Virus record (IMG/VR): IMGVR_UViG_3300013902_000267
From: a virus
Lineage: Duplodnaviria > Heunggongvirae > Uroviricota > Caudoviricetes
Length of the DNA: 64,000 bases
Direction: 5' to 3' (one strand)
Each line of letters starts with the position of its first letter. The stretch's first letter is position 1. The position numbers and the translations under genes were made by a program. The notes under the pieces are model-generated. The model did no database searches and was not told the origin of the DNA. It worked only from the letters and a program-made list of their open reading frames with translations. Shown piece by piece: positions 53,414-62,437 of the stretch.

Positions 53414-53884
53414 TCATTGTTTAATAGATTTTAACGAAATTAATGTAGTTCCAGATAAATCTATTAAATCTTTTTCTTTTGATGAAAAATCTAATATATG
53501 TTGTGTATGAGTTTCTTTAATTATACCATCGTTTTCCTATATAGGTTCAGGTTCAATTAAATAAGATAACTATTCATTATTATCTTTTTTATGTATCATA
53601 TATAATGTATTCTGTTCTAACGCATCTTCTATTGAAAGTTCTTTAGTTGAACCATCAGCAAAATATGTTACGCTTGGTATTGGTGCATCTAAATCATAAT
53701 ACGTCTAAATAATATCATATTTAGACGTATCTATATCATTTATACTTTTAATATTAGTTAAATCATCTTCATCATTATTTTCATCTACAATATCTGACGT
53801 AATATCATTAACTCCTGTAAATTTTACTAATAGACAAAGAATAACAAAAAAACCTATACTTATTGATATTACTGGATCTATCAT
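53414..53884 (-). CDS. N-terminally membrane-anchored acidic protein (156 aa), 3 in-frame TAG, absent from the ORF track
   Basis: MIDPVISISIGFFVILCLLVKF..., then an acidic region. Continuous frame from ATG 53884 to TGA 53414-53416. Confidence 0.45.
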
Positions 53885-53913
53885 AATCTCTTATTTTATT
53901 AAATTAATAATTA

Positions 53914-54147
53914 TTATTTACTCTCAAAATTAATAGTTGATACATCTTCCACTTTTTCTTTTAAACTATCAACTGTTATTGTATGTGTATTCTGTTGCTC
54001 TTGTAATGAGTCTACAATGAATTCCTGTGTTTGCTTAATATGCTTTAGCTTCTCTTCATAATCAATACGGAGACGATTTGCAATTACAAGCATCATTATA
54101 AATCCTAATACAAATAAAACAATAAATACTGTTACTATTATATTCAT
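53914..54147 (-). CDS. small membrane protein (77 aa)
   Basis: N-terminal TM helix. Confidence 0.45.
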   Translation of the reverse strand: MNIIVTVFIVLFVLGFIMMLVIANRLRIDYEEKLKHIKQTQEFIVDSLQEQQNTHTITVDSLKEKVEDVSTINFESK

Positions 54148-54264
54148 ATTATTTTCTAATTAAAATTTTACTTTTTATTTATAGTATATTAAATCAATAA
54201 AGTTTATATATTAAAATAAAAAATGGATAGATAGTTAAACGAAAAAACTATCTATCCATCATAA

Positions 54265-55302
54265 TTATGCTTGATACGAATACTTGTCAAACAATGATTC
54301 AATATTAGAGGGATGCACAGCATTTATGCCGATTTCATTGCATTTTTTCAATGTATCATGGAAATCATCTATAAGACATACATCCTTAACATTCCACTTC
54401 ATTTTATGAGCAAACTGCTCAATAAAAACGTGCTTATAATTTTTATTTCCGACAAACATTCGGTTCTCAACAGGAATCTCTGGGAAATATTTATCAAGCC
54501 ATTCATTCTTCTCATTCCACGCTATTGAATTAGCACATGCAGTCACAATATAAACATTCTTCATGTCATAATGTTTCTTAACAAAATCAATGATATGTTT
54601 AACAGGCTTCAAATTTTTAAATAGTTCGCTACTTACAAAATCTGAATTTCCGTTAATATCAAGTTTTGCCTTGCCATAACAAGCTAATGTACCATCCATG
54701 TCAAGAAGTAAATACTTATTGGTAAAATAATCAACGCGAATGAATTCATCTACCAATGGGATGTACTTATTCTTACATGCTTCAATACGTAAATTTTTCT
54801 TATAAATATCTTCAATTGGAACTTTACGAGTTCTTCCTTGAAGTCTATTTATACAAACTTCTACAGGAGTATCAAAGAATATACAAGTAATCTTATCTAC
54901 ATTTTTATTTCTTAAATAATCTATAATACTAAGATTATAATGATTATTAATTCCACCGCCGTCAAGAATAACATTACAATTAATCTTTGAACTATCTGCA
55001 ATAGCAAAAATTATTTTTCGTGTTATTTGAACCGACTCTTCATGAACAACTTCCGGATGTTCATCAGTATAACCTTTTAACAATGGTTTAATTTCATCAG
55101 CAGAAATTACTATTGTTTCATTTATACAAAGATTATCTTCAATTGTCTGAATAATTTTATCTAAATTACATTCATCAAATGGTTTATCTAAAATAGATGT
55201 TAACCATTCAATGAGATGCAAAATATTTGGATAATTCTCTTGAAGATATGTACTTTTACCAGATGCAGGCAAACCGAGGAAGTACGAGAACTTACTGATC
55301 AT
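54265..55302 (-). CDS. P-loop kinase fused to HAD phosphatase (polynucleotide kinase-phosphatase-like)
   Basis: N-terminal Walker A GLPASGKST, as in T4 Pnk GCPGSGKST or NadR-type kinases. C-terminal LLLDMDGTLA is the HAD motif I DxDGT. Domain order matches T4 PseT. Confidence 0.55.
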   Translation of the reverse strand: MISKFSYFLGLPASGKSTYLQENYPNILHLIEWLTSILDKPFDECNLDKIIQTIEDNLCINETIVISADEIKPLLKGYTDEHPEVVHEESVQITRKIIFAIADSSKINCNVILDGGGINNHYNLSIIDYLRNKNVDKITCIFFDTPVEVCINRLQGRTRKVPIEDIYKKNLRIEACKNKYIPLVDEFIRVDYFTNKYLLLDMDGTLACYGKAKLDINGNSDFVSSELFKNLKPVKHIIDFVKKHYDMKNVYIVTACANSIAWNEKNEWLDKYFPEIPVENRMFVGNKNYKHVFIEQFAHKMKWNVKDVCLIDDFHDTLKKCNEIGINAVHPSNIESLFDKYSYQA

Positions 55303-55327
55303 AACTAAAATATAATTTAATTTTTAA

Positions 55328-56911
55328 TTAGTCAACAGTTCCATCAAGAAGTTTATGAACTGCATCTTGACGAGTCTTTCGGATTTCAGCAAGTGTAAAC
55401 TCTCTTACTAACTTACCATCTTCAAAAACAGTCTTCAATTCATTCTTATCTGATGCTTCCTCTTCAGGCGTTACACGATCAACTGGTACATACTTACCAT
55501 TACCATCTTTTACAACCATAAGAAGTCCACGATGTGATTTCTTTGGCATACCGCATACTGTTTTAGGATCCTTATAAATTTCTATAGGTTTGCCATTAAC
55601 TTTACACCATGTAGACTTACAGGCTATGCCTAAAGAATCTCTGGATCGTACATTATAAGTAAAGCTTCCTATACCTTCAATAAGGTTAGTTGCTGCGAAA
55701 CCCTTATCTTCAAGTTGAGAATATGTATCCTTTTGGCGTTTCATATTAATTGAGTCTCCATAAAGAAGTCCAATATGTGGATCAAGAATTTTATATCCTT
55801 TTTCATTAAATGTTCCACCGAACGTATTCCAAAGAAATTCATAAGAACCCATCTTTACAAATGGATCTTCTGCTTCCGGATCACCACAAATAATTTTAAC
55901 AGGATCACCACTATCAGGACGAATTACTACACGCCCATTACGAGACATAATTTGTTCTTTATACTTAGGAACAATCTTTGTCAAGAAATACCAATAATCA
56001 TAACCATCTGCAACAATTGAAATAATACCATCTGGAAATTCATCAAGCATATTCTTAAAATAAACTTCATCATTTGGCTTACCTGTTTCATCTGTTGCAT
56101 TAGAGCACTCAATAGAATGTTCAGTAGCTGGAACAGTTGCAGCTATCAATTCTTTTTTAGGATCTGCATTATAATAATACTCAATCATCTTAATTGCTGG
56201 AACTGTTTCAGAACCACAAAAAGAAGTAAGATGTGCCATACCAGAAACAATAGATGCTTCAAATGAACTCATTCCTCTCATAGAGAAATCATGACATAGA
56301 AATGCAAGATTAGACATATCGTTAGGATTATAAAAACCAGTTTTCATAGCATGTCTAACAAGTTCACGTTTAAATACATCAGCTGTTGTTGCAGAAGTAA
56401 TTGGAAGCCAAAGGACATTTGAAGTCAAAGACTCCAAATAATTTGTGAGCCAAGCAAAATCAGGATGTGTATTTGTGATTGTTAAAATAGGGCATCCGAT
56501 TGGACAATATGAACCTTCAGGAAGTGCCTTAATACGAATAGGAAGATAACCAAGTTTATGCAATGCAATAATATGATCAACCCCTACTTTCTTTGCAACT
56601 GCTTCTCCTAGAAATGTAGTTGTCAAATCTGTATAAGTTTTTCGTACAGTATCTTCATCAAGATTAAAGAAATAATTATTAAATGTATTAATAAGATACT
56701 TCTTAATAAAATACTGAATACCAAACACAACTGCTCCCTCTGTAGCTTCCGGAAAATATTTATTACTACGAGGAGTAAAGTTACTGAAAAGTTGCGTCAT
56801 TCCCTTAGGGTACATACAGTGATGACCAAGCTTGTAGCCATCTGTCATAAGCATTGCATTAAGAAGTATGTCTTCTACCAATACATGCTGTGAATCTTTT
56901 ACGTTTGTCAT
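55328..56911 (-). CDS. nadV: nicotinamide phosphoribosyltransferase (NAMPT/NadV family)
   Basis: 527 aa with TDGYKLGHH, HDFSMRG, RPDSGD and GYDYWY-type blocks colinear with NAMPT. Confidence 0.75.
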   Translation of the reverse strand: MTNVKDSQHVLVEDILLNAMLMTDGYKLGHHCMYPKGMTQLFSNFTPRSNKYFPEATEGAVVFGIQYFIKKYLINTFNNYFFNLDEDTVRKTYTDLTTTFLGEAVAKKVGVDHIIALHKLGYLPIRIKALPEGSYCPIGCPILTITNTHPDFAWLTNYLESLTSNVLWLPITSATTADVFKRELVRHAMKTGFYNPNDMSNLAFLCHDFSMRGMSSFEASIVSGMAHLTSFCGSETVPAIKMIEYYYNADPKKELIAATVPATEHSIECSNATDETGKPNDEVYFKNMLDEFPDGIISIVADGYDYWYFLTKIVPKYKEQIMSRNGRVVIRPDSGDPVKIICGDPEAEDPFVKMGSYEFLWNTFGGTFNEKGYKILDPHIGLLYGDSINMKRQKDTYSQLEDKGFAATNLIEGIGSFTYNVRSRDSLGIACKSTWCKVNGKPIEIYKDPKTVCGMPKKSHRGLLMVVKDGNGKYVPVDRVTPEEEASDKNELKTVFEDGKLVREFTLAEIRKTRQDAVHKLLDGTVD

Positions 56912-57106
56912 AAAATAATTTGTTTAAATTTTAATTTGATTACAATAATAATTTGTTTGTTTAATTATCTTGTAATCATTATTTATATATATTATTAATT
57001 AAATTGTTTATAAAATTCATATTAAAAAAATAACATCCTATTTTCACAAACAAGATGTTAATAATTCAAAGACATATTTATTTGAAAATTAAGTTGCGAA
57101 ATTAAT

Positions 57107-57652
57107 TTATGCAGCCTGTCGAACTTCCCAATCAATAATATCAACAACATACTTTTCTTTGTTGATAGAAATTGACTTAATATTTTTAAGTGAAAGTGTT
57201 CTATACTCAATAACAGAAGTACTTGCCTTTTTCTTTGGCATGAATCTCTTCATATACACTTCATCTTCTGCAGAAATCTTCTCACCATTAAGAATAATAT
57301 TATTCTTTGAATAATTATTAGGAATGTAAATCAAACATACATTACCTGTACTAATATATTGCATAACAACATTCTTTACAAGATGACGGCGATTTGTATC
57401 TGTTGCCTTATAATCCTCACCAAGAATCTTACTCATTGTCTTTTCATAATCCTGTCCAAAATGGAAAGTAACTGAGAAATCTGTGCGTGGTTGAAATCCA
57501 TCCTTAATATGTTCCTTAGGAAGACCATCTGTATTAAACTTATTCAACTTAATATCAGACTCACCATATACAGTGACATACTTACCGTTGCACTTTGCGT
57601 TAGACATAAGCTCGATAAACTCATCTACTGTTGTAATAATATTGTTGTTCAT
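57107..57652 (-). CDS. hypothetical protein (181 aa)
   Basis: Uninterrupted ORF with the conserved promoter motif 36 nt upstream. Confidence 0.5.
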   Translation of the reverse strand: MNNNIITTVDEFIELMSNAKCNGKYVTVYGESDIKLNKFNTDGLPKEHIKDGFQPRTDFSVTFHFGQDYEKTMSKILGEDYKATDTNRRHLVKNVVMQYISTGNVCLIYIPNNYSKNNIILNGEKISAEDEVYMKRFMPKKKASTSVIEYRTLSLKNIKSISINKEKYVVDIIDWEVRQAA

Positions 57653-57687
57653 ATTCTTTATATTTTTAATTGTTCAACTTAATTGTT

Positions 57688-57710
57688 TTATTAACAATAC
57701 AAAGATACAT
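57688..57710 (-). promoter_or_regulatory. conserved promoter motif (minus-strand ATGTATCTTTGTATTGTTAATAA)
   Basis: Identical to the copy at 9602-9624. TTTG lies 17 nt upstream of TAtcTTTG. Confidence 0.5.
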
Positions 57711-57888
57711 GTTTTATTTCAAATAAAAAAATATTAGAAGAAAAAATTAAATATTTTCTCTTAAAAATTTATCGATAAGTTTTTTAACACTATTACATTT
57801 ATATTGTGTTTCTACATAACTACCTGTCCAATCAGTATGAACATGAAAATTCTCAAGAAACCAGTTTGCAATCTTTTCTTTATCCATA

Positions 57889-58188
57889 TCAATAATCTTC
57901 TGCATCTCGTGAAACTCTCATATTCTTTAAATCATTAATGAGTTTTTCACACTCTTTTAACAATACATATATAGTAGAAATAATTATCACTATAATAAAT
58001 AATAATATTCCTAATGCTATATAAAACCCTGAATCTTCATAATTAGAAATAAACTTAAAACATGTAATTATATATGTAAAAGTAAATGGTATTACTAAAC
58101 ATAAAATCCAATTTATTATATGTCTCCATACATGTTTCTCTATATATTCGTTTCTCTCTTTATGTGATTTAAACCATTTATTTTCCAT
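57889..58188 (-). CDS. membrane protein (99 aa)
   Basis: Two TM helices. Confidence 0.45.
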   Translation of the reverse strand: MENKWFKSHKERNEYIEKHVWRHIINWILCLVIPFTFTYIITCFKFISNYEDSGFYIALGILLFIIVIIISTIYVLLKECEKLINDLKNMRVSRDAEDY

Positions 58189-58229
58189 ATTTCCTATTTC
58201 TTTTTTACATCATCAATAGTTAGAATACG

Positions 58230-58415
58230 TCACTTTTTAATATAAAATTTCTTTATAGATGGAGATTCCTGTATTTCTTCAAATAATGAACATGGACTAA
58301 ACCAATTATGTACAGTCTTAGCATATTCCATTGCTGTCTCTTCTGAATCGCAAACTGCAGATAATTCACGATTATATTCGTCACATGTACGATAAACTTC
58401 TACAACTTCTTTCAT
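58230..58415 (-). CDS. hypothetical protein (61 aa)
   Basis: Short ORF. Confidence 0.35.
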   Translation of the reverse strand: MKEVVEVYRTCDEYNRELSAVCDSEETAMEYAKTVHNWFSPCSLFEEIQESPSIKKFYIKK

Positions 58416-58434
58416 AATTATATGTAATTTAAAA

Positions 58435-58623
58435 TTAATTATTCAAATGTATATCATTAATACATAAAGGGATAAAAATATAAAATATATTTTCTATATA
58501 TAATGATAAAATCAAATTCCATAAATTATCTATAGTTAACATATTATAATACCAAAATCCCAATATAGTTAGTACGCTACCTATGATAGAACATAAAATA
58601 GTAAATTTATATATTTGTTTCAT
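58435..58623 (-). CDS. small membrane protein (62 aa)
   Basis: Hydrophobic. Confidence 0.35.
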   Translation of the reverse strand: MKQIYKFTILCSIIGSVLTILGFWYYNMLTIDNLWNLILSLYIENIFYIFIPLCINDIHLNN

Positions 58624-59009
58624 TCTTTAATTTTTCTACCTAAAATATTTTTTAACATCCATACCAACATATTAAATGCAACCAATAATTTATTTTCTGT
58701 ATCATCAGTCTCTTCTGAATGAACTATATTATCACCTTTCATATTTTCAAGTTTCACCGAATAACTATCAATAACCATATAATATTCTGTACTCATAGTC
58801 AAATCTTCAATACGACGGTATAAATCTTGAAGAGTATATGTATAATAACCTAATTTATACTTAACTAATTGTTCACAATAATCTTTGTGCATATTTACAT
58901 TATATTGATTTTTACCAATATAAATTAATGAAGCATCTGAAATATCAAGTCCAAGCTTCACCAATATATCCATATTATCTTTTGATAATGTAATTGTATT
59001 CTCTTTCAT
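58620..59009 (-). CDS. hypothetical protein (129 aa)
   Basis: The ORF-track start at 59030 is TTG. The first ATG is 59009 (MKENTITL...). Confidence 0.45.
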   Translation of the reverse strand: MKENTITLSKDNMDILVKLGLDISDASLIYIGKNQYNVNMHKDYCEQLVKYKLGYYTYTLQDLYRRIEDLTMSTEYYMVIDSYSVKLENMKGDNIVHSEETDDTENKLLVAFNMLVWMLKNILGRKIKE

Positions 59010-59020
59010 ATATATAATTT

Positions 59021-59043
59021 TTATTAACAATACAAAGATACAT
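59021..59043 (-). promoter_or_regulatory. conserved promoter motif
   Basis: Minus-strand ATGTATCTTTGTATTGTTAATAA, 11 nt upstream of ATG 59009. Confidence 0.45.
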
Positions 59044-59147
59044 ATTTTATTTTAAATAAAAAAGAGATATAACAAAATAATCTGTTATACCTCTTATAAA
59101 ATATATCTTAAAATAATAAAAAATTACATAATATATTGTAAAAGCAT

Positions 59148-60137
59148 CTATGTTTCCTCATCAGCTTTTAATTTTGGATATGCAGCTCTAAGTATCTGTA
59201 ATACACGTGTTTCTGTCATTCCATGTTCTTCTGCAACTTGCCATGTATTCTTTTCACCACGTCCATTAATACCATAGCAATCACATACAATTTCACCATC
59301 TCTTTCACCAAGAACTCTCTTTACATTATCTTCAAGTTCTCTTTCAAGATCAGCGTTATTAAGATTACTATCAGGGTCTTTAAATGTCCTATTAGCTGTT
59401 ACATCACCTAATGTTGTTTTAGAATCATCATCATCCCCGTATGATTTATCCAAACTATTTGCACGTGTATTTGCTTCCATTGTTTGTGCAAATGTTTCAT
59501 ATTTCAAATCTGGATGTTTCTTTACGAGAACATTATAAATATCATCAATATCAGGTTCATAACCATTCTTATTATATAATTGATCCTTGATACGAGCGGC
59601 TTCACGAGCAATACTACCCATATTACGGGGAACTGCCATATGTCCACCTACCTCATCAACAGCAGTCATAATTTCTCTACGAATATACCAAATAGCATAA
59701 GAAACAAAACGTACATCTTTACCTGGCAAACTTGGATCATATGTATCTGCTGCTTGCATAAGTCCTATATTTCCATATTGAATCATATCTTCCTTTGGTA
59801 TATTAATATTTTTATACTTATTGACAACAGAAATAACAAATGGAAGATTTGCGGACACCAACTTATTCTTTGCCTTTTCAATTTCTCTCTTATTATCAGA
59901 ATGTTGAATAATATCAGCAAGTTTCACTTCATCTGCATGTGATAATTGTTTTTTCTTATTAATAGCATGTAAATATGCAATAGTAGACTTTGCTGTATTT
60001 TCATCCTGTGTAATAGCAAAATCATCATGCAAATCCATATGCATTCCATTATTAGCTTCATTGAGTTTCTTTCTAATAGTCTTAGAAACATTTCTCATGA
60101 TACTTTCATACAATGTCTTCTTTTCATTTAACTTCAT
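59148..60137 (-). CDS. sigma-70 family RNA polymerase sigma factor
   Basis: Region 2: LPFVISVVNKYKNI...QYGNIGLMQAADTYDP...RFVSYAIWYIRREI. Region 4 HTH: TWQVAEEHGMTETRVLQILRAA. Confidence 0.7.
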   Translation of the reverse strand: MKLNEKKTLYESIMRNVSKTIRKKLNEANNGMHMDLHDDFAITQDENTAKSTIAYLHAINKKKQLSHADEVKLADIIQHSDNKREIEKAKNKLVSANLPFVISVVNKYKNINIPKEDMIQYGNIGLMQAADTYDPSLPGKDVRFVSYAIWYIRREIMTAVDEVGGHMAVPRNMGSIAREAARIKDQLYNKNGYEPDIDDIYNVLVKKHPDLKYETFAQTMEANTRANSLDKSYGDDDDSKTTLGDVTANRTFKDPDSNLNNADLERELEDNVKRVLGERDGEIVCDCYGINGRGEKNTWQVAEEHGMTETRVLQILRAAYPKLKADEET

Positions 60138-60189
60138 ATCTTGATAAAAATTATTTCAATATTTTAAATATTTATCTTAAAATAAAAAT

Positions 60190-60220
60190 AGAGAATAGTT
60201 ATCGCAACTACTCTCTATTT
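60190..60220. terminator. hairpin downstream of the HAD gene
   Basis: AGAGAATAGT-tatcgcaact-ACTCTCT (near-perfect) flanked by A/T runs. Confidence 0.35.
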
Positions 60221-60231
60221 ATAATTATCTA

Positions 60232-60789
60232 TTATTCTATATTTAATATTTGTTTAATCTTTACTATGTCATCCTGTGTTATACCTGAATAACTATCTAT
60301 TTTTATAAAGTTATCCTGTTGATATGTCATCATATCATCATCGTCATCTACTATACAATAATCTATTCTTAATTCATCATCTTTAAATTTAAAATAATCT
60401 TCATCATAAAATTGTTTATAGTTTCGCACATTTGTATTTCCGCTATACATAAGGAAATAATGAATTTCATTTCCTCTTATTGAGTGTTCATCATGATATT
60501 TTGGTGTTATACCTACTATATATTTAATTAAACATTTCAAATCTTTATACTTATCAAACGCATATTTTGTTGCTTCTAATGAAATCTCTCTCCATGACGA
60601 TGATATAACTAATCTTACATTATAATTCTCACATAATTGTTCTATAAGTTTTACTGCATTTTTGTCTACAAAATGATCACCATTTTCTTCATTTATATAT
60701 TTCTTTCCTTCCTTTGTAAAACACCAATTCGCATATTGTTCAGAATTCAAAACACCGTCTATGTCTAAAAATAATATTTTTATATTCAT
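60232..60789 (-). CDS. HAD-superfamily phosphatase (5'-nucleotidase / polynucleotide 3'-phosphatase-like)
   Basis: N-terminal LFLDIDGVLN (DxDGxL motif I), about 185 aa. Confidence 0.6.
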   Translation of the reverse strand: MNIKILFLDIDGVLNSEQYANWCFTKEGKKYINEENGDHFVDKNAVKLIEQLCENYNVRLVISSSWREISLEATKYAFDKYKDLKCLIKYIVGITPKYHDEHSIRGNEIHYFLMYSGNTNVRNYKQFYDEDYFKFKDDELRIDYCIVDDDDDMMTYQQDNFIKIDSYSGITQDDIVKIKQILNIE

Positions 60790-60792
60790 TTA

Positions 60793-61116
60793 TTAATCTT
60801 CATCAAAATTATCATATATTGAAATCTTATTCTTCCTACGTTCTTTCTTAGGTTCTATACAAGGAAAACAATACTCTCCTACATGCTTTATATATCTTTC
60901 ATTCGTATATGTTGGTTCACCTTTAAAATTAAAATTCCGTTGTTCACCATATGCAATATGTTTCTTTTTCTTCCATTTAACAACTTTATCTTTCTGTACT
61001 TCTATATCTTGTAAATCCTTATGTTTATTCTTTACTTTAAATTTTTTATCACATTCTACTACAAAACTAGATGAACCCTTATTTACTTTATGTGTTTGAT
61101 GATAACTTCTTGACAT
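60793..61116 (-). CDS. basic hypothetical protein (107 aa)
   Basis: Lys-rich ORF. Confidence 0.45.
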   Translation of the reverse strand: MSRSYHQTHKVNKGSSSFVVECDKKFKVKNKHKDLQDIEVQKDKVVKWKKKKHIAYGEQRNFNFKGEPTYTNERYIKHVGEYCFPCIEPKKERRKNKISIYDNFDED

Positions 61117-61132
61117 AATATAAATTTTTTAT

Positions 61133-61444
61133 TTATAATCTTTCTATATTTATAACTTTATCTGCTAATAATGGTTTTAATGTTTTATTAAACGTGTTTT
61201 CACTTATAGAAATTTTTTTATATCTTAATTTATATTCTCGTGTATTACTTTCAAAAGGATTATTTACTTCATATTTTAATTCAGAAGCAAAATATATTGT
61301 ATAATATATATTTGGTCTAACAGAATCATATGTTCTACTTATATTCTTTTCTATATATACAATGGATTTAATAGGTAAAATTATATTACTACATTTTATA
61401 TATTCTATATTATTTCCTTTACTATGATTTTTAAATTTTATCAT
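61133..61444 (-). CDS. hypothetical protein (103 aa)
   Basis: Uninterrupted ORF. Confidence 0.45.
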   Translation of the reverse strand: MIKFKNHSKGNNIEYIKCSNIILPIKSIVYIEKNISRTYDSVRPNIYYTIYFASELKYEVNNPFESNTREYKLRYKKISISENTFNKTLKPLLADKVINIERL

Positions 61445-61448
61445 TTTA

Positions 61449-61853
61449 CTAAATATATCTTAAATCATCTGCATAATCGCACATATCTAAAAATTCATTT
61501 TGAAGTTCACTATCTATAATAGTAAATGCTCTGACTTCATCATATGATTTCTTGTCTGGAATAACATCACACCAATCTGCATCCACATCATATACTTTAT
61601 GCGTCGCTGTAGACATAACACGAATCATTGTTTTTTCTTTATATTCTTGTGTATATCCTAACGGTCCATATTCGTTAACTAATACTGTTTTCTTAAATGG
61701 CTTCATAATACATACAAGTCTTGTATTCATTTCATCTTTCTCACATGAATACATTCCTGGTATAAGCAATACTCTTTTACCTGTTGTTACATTTATATTA
61801 TATTCACAGTTACTTCTGAGAAATATCAAATCACCAATATTAAAGCACATCAT
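61449..61853 (-). CDS. hypothetical protein (134 aa)
   Basis: Uninterrupted ORF with the promoter motif 36 nt upstream. Confidence 0.5.
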   Translation of the reverse strand: MMCFNIGDLIFLRSNCEYNINVTTGKRVLLIPGMYSCEKDEMNTRLVCIMKPFKKTVLVNEYGPLGYTQEYKEKTMIRVMSTATHKVYDVDADWCDVIPDKKSYDEVRAFTIIDSELQNEFLDMCDYADDLRYI

Positions 61854-61888
61854 AATTCTTTATATTTTTAATTGTTTATATTCTTATT

Positions 61889-61911
61889 TTATTAACAATA
61901 CAAAGATACAC
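61889..61911 (-). promoter_or_regulatory. conserved promoter motif
   Basis: Minus-strand GTGTATCTTTGTATTGTTAATAA. Confidence 0.45.
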
Positions 61912-62091
61912 ATTATTTTTGATATAAAAAAGAAAACATAAAGAAATATCAATTTTTATAGTAAAAACAATTAAAATTCTATAGAAATCTTATTAAATTT
62001 TATAATATTTTTTAAACAAGTATAGATAAGAAAAGTCTACCATGACTTACATCATAATAGACTTATAGTACATCTTTAAAAATAATATCTG

Positions 62092-62187
62092 TGGATATAG
62101 ATGGACTCGAACCACCATGTATCTGCCCTAGAATTATGATACAAACTAACATCATATTAGTCGCGTTTACCATTTCGCCATATATCC
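62092..62187 (-). tRNA. class II (long variable arm) tRNA, 95 nt, tentatively Ser(UGA)-like
   Basis: Acceptor GGATATA/TATATCC. D arm GCG(A)-AATGGTAA-(A)CGC. Anticodon stem ACTAA/TTAGT with loop TATGATG (anticodon TGA but A at position 33). Variable arm TGTATC-14 nt-GATACA. T arm GGTGG-TTCGAGT-CCATC. Alternative folds are possible. Confidence 0.5.
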
Positions 62188-62193
62188 ATATAG

Positions 62194-62266
62194 CAGGCCT
62201 GATGAGATTCGAACTCACAACAACATGATTAAAATTCGTGTGCTCTACCAATTGAGCTACAGGCCC
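62194..62266 (-). tRNA. tRNA-Lys (anticodon UUU)
   Basis: Acceptor GGGCCTG/CAGGCCT. D arm GCTC-AATTGGTA-GAGC. Anticodon stem CACGA/TCATG (one mismatch) with loop ATTTTAA. T arm GTGAG-TTCGAAT-CTCAT. Discriminator G. Confidence 0.7.
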
Positions 62267-62378
62267 AAAGTTCTATTTTAAATTTCCACGCAATAGAACT
62301 CCGAAGATTTGTAGATCTGTGTTCATGGTACTTAATCTAATGCTTGTTTTTAATACTGACGTGTTAACCTCTTCACCA

Positions 62379-62437
62379 AATCCCCGATTAAATAATATGT
62401 AATAGAGGGGATTCATGGGTTCGAACCATGGATAATC
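62379..62437 (+). other. tRNA-derived or tRNA-like structured element (T arm plus flanking 7-bp inverted repeat)
   Basis: AATCCCC-21 nt-GGGGATT immediately followed by a canonical T arm CATGG-GTTCGAA-CCATG and then GATAATC. No full cloverleaf on either strand. Confidence 0.3.

Noticed and set aside
62092-62187. Interpreting the 95-nt tRNA as the TAG suppressor (anticodon CUA).
   Set aside because: A CTA triplet exists in the long variable arm (TTCTAGG). It cannot be placed in a 7-nt loop closed by a 5-bp stem on either strand. No CUA-anticodon tRNA could be supported in this window.
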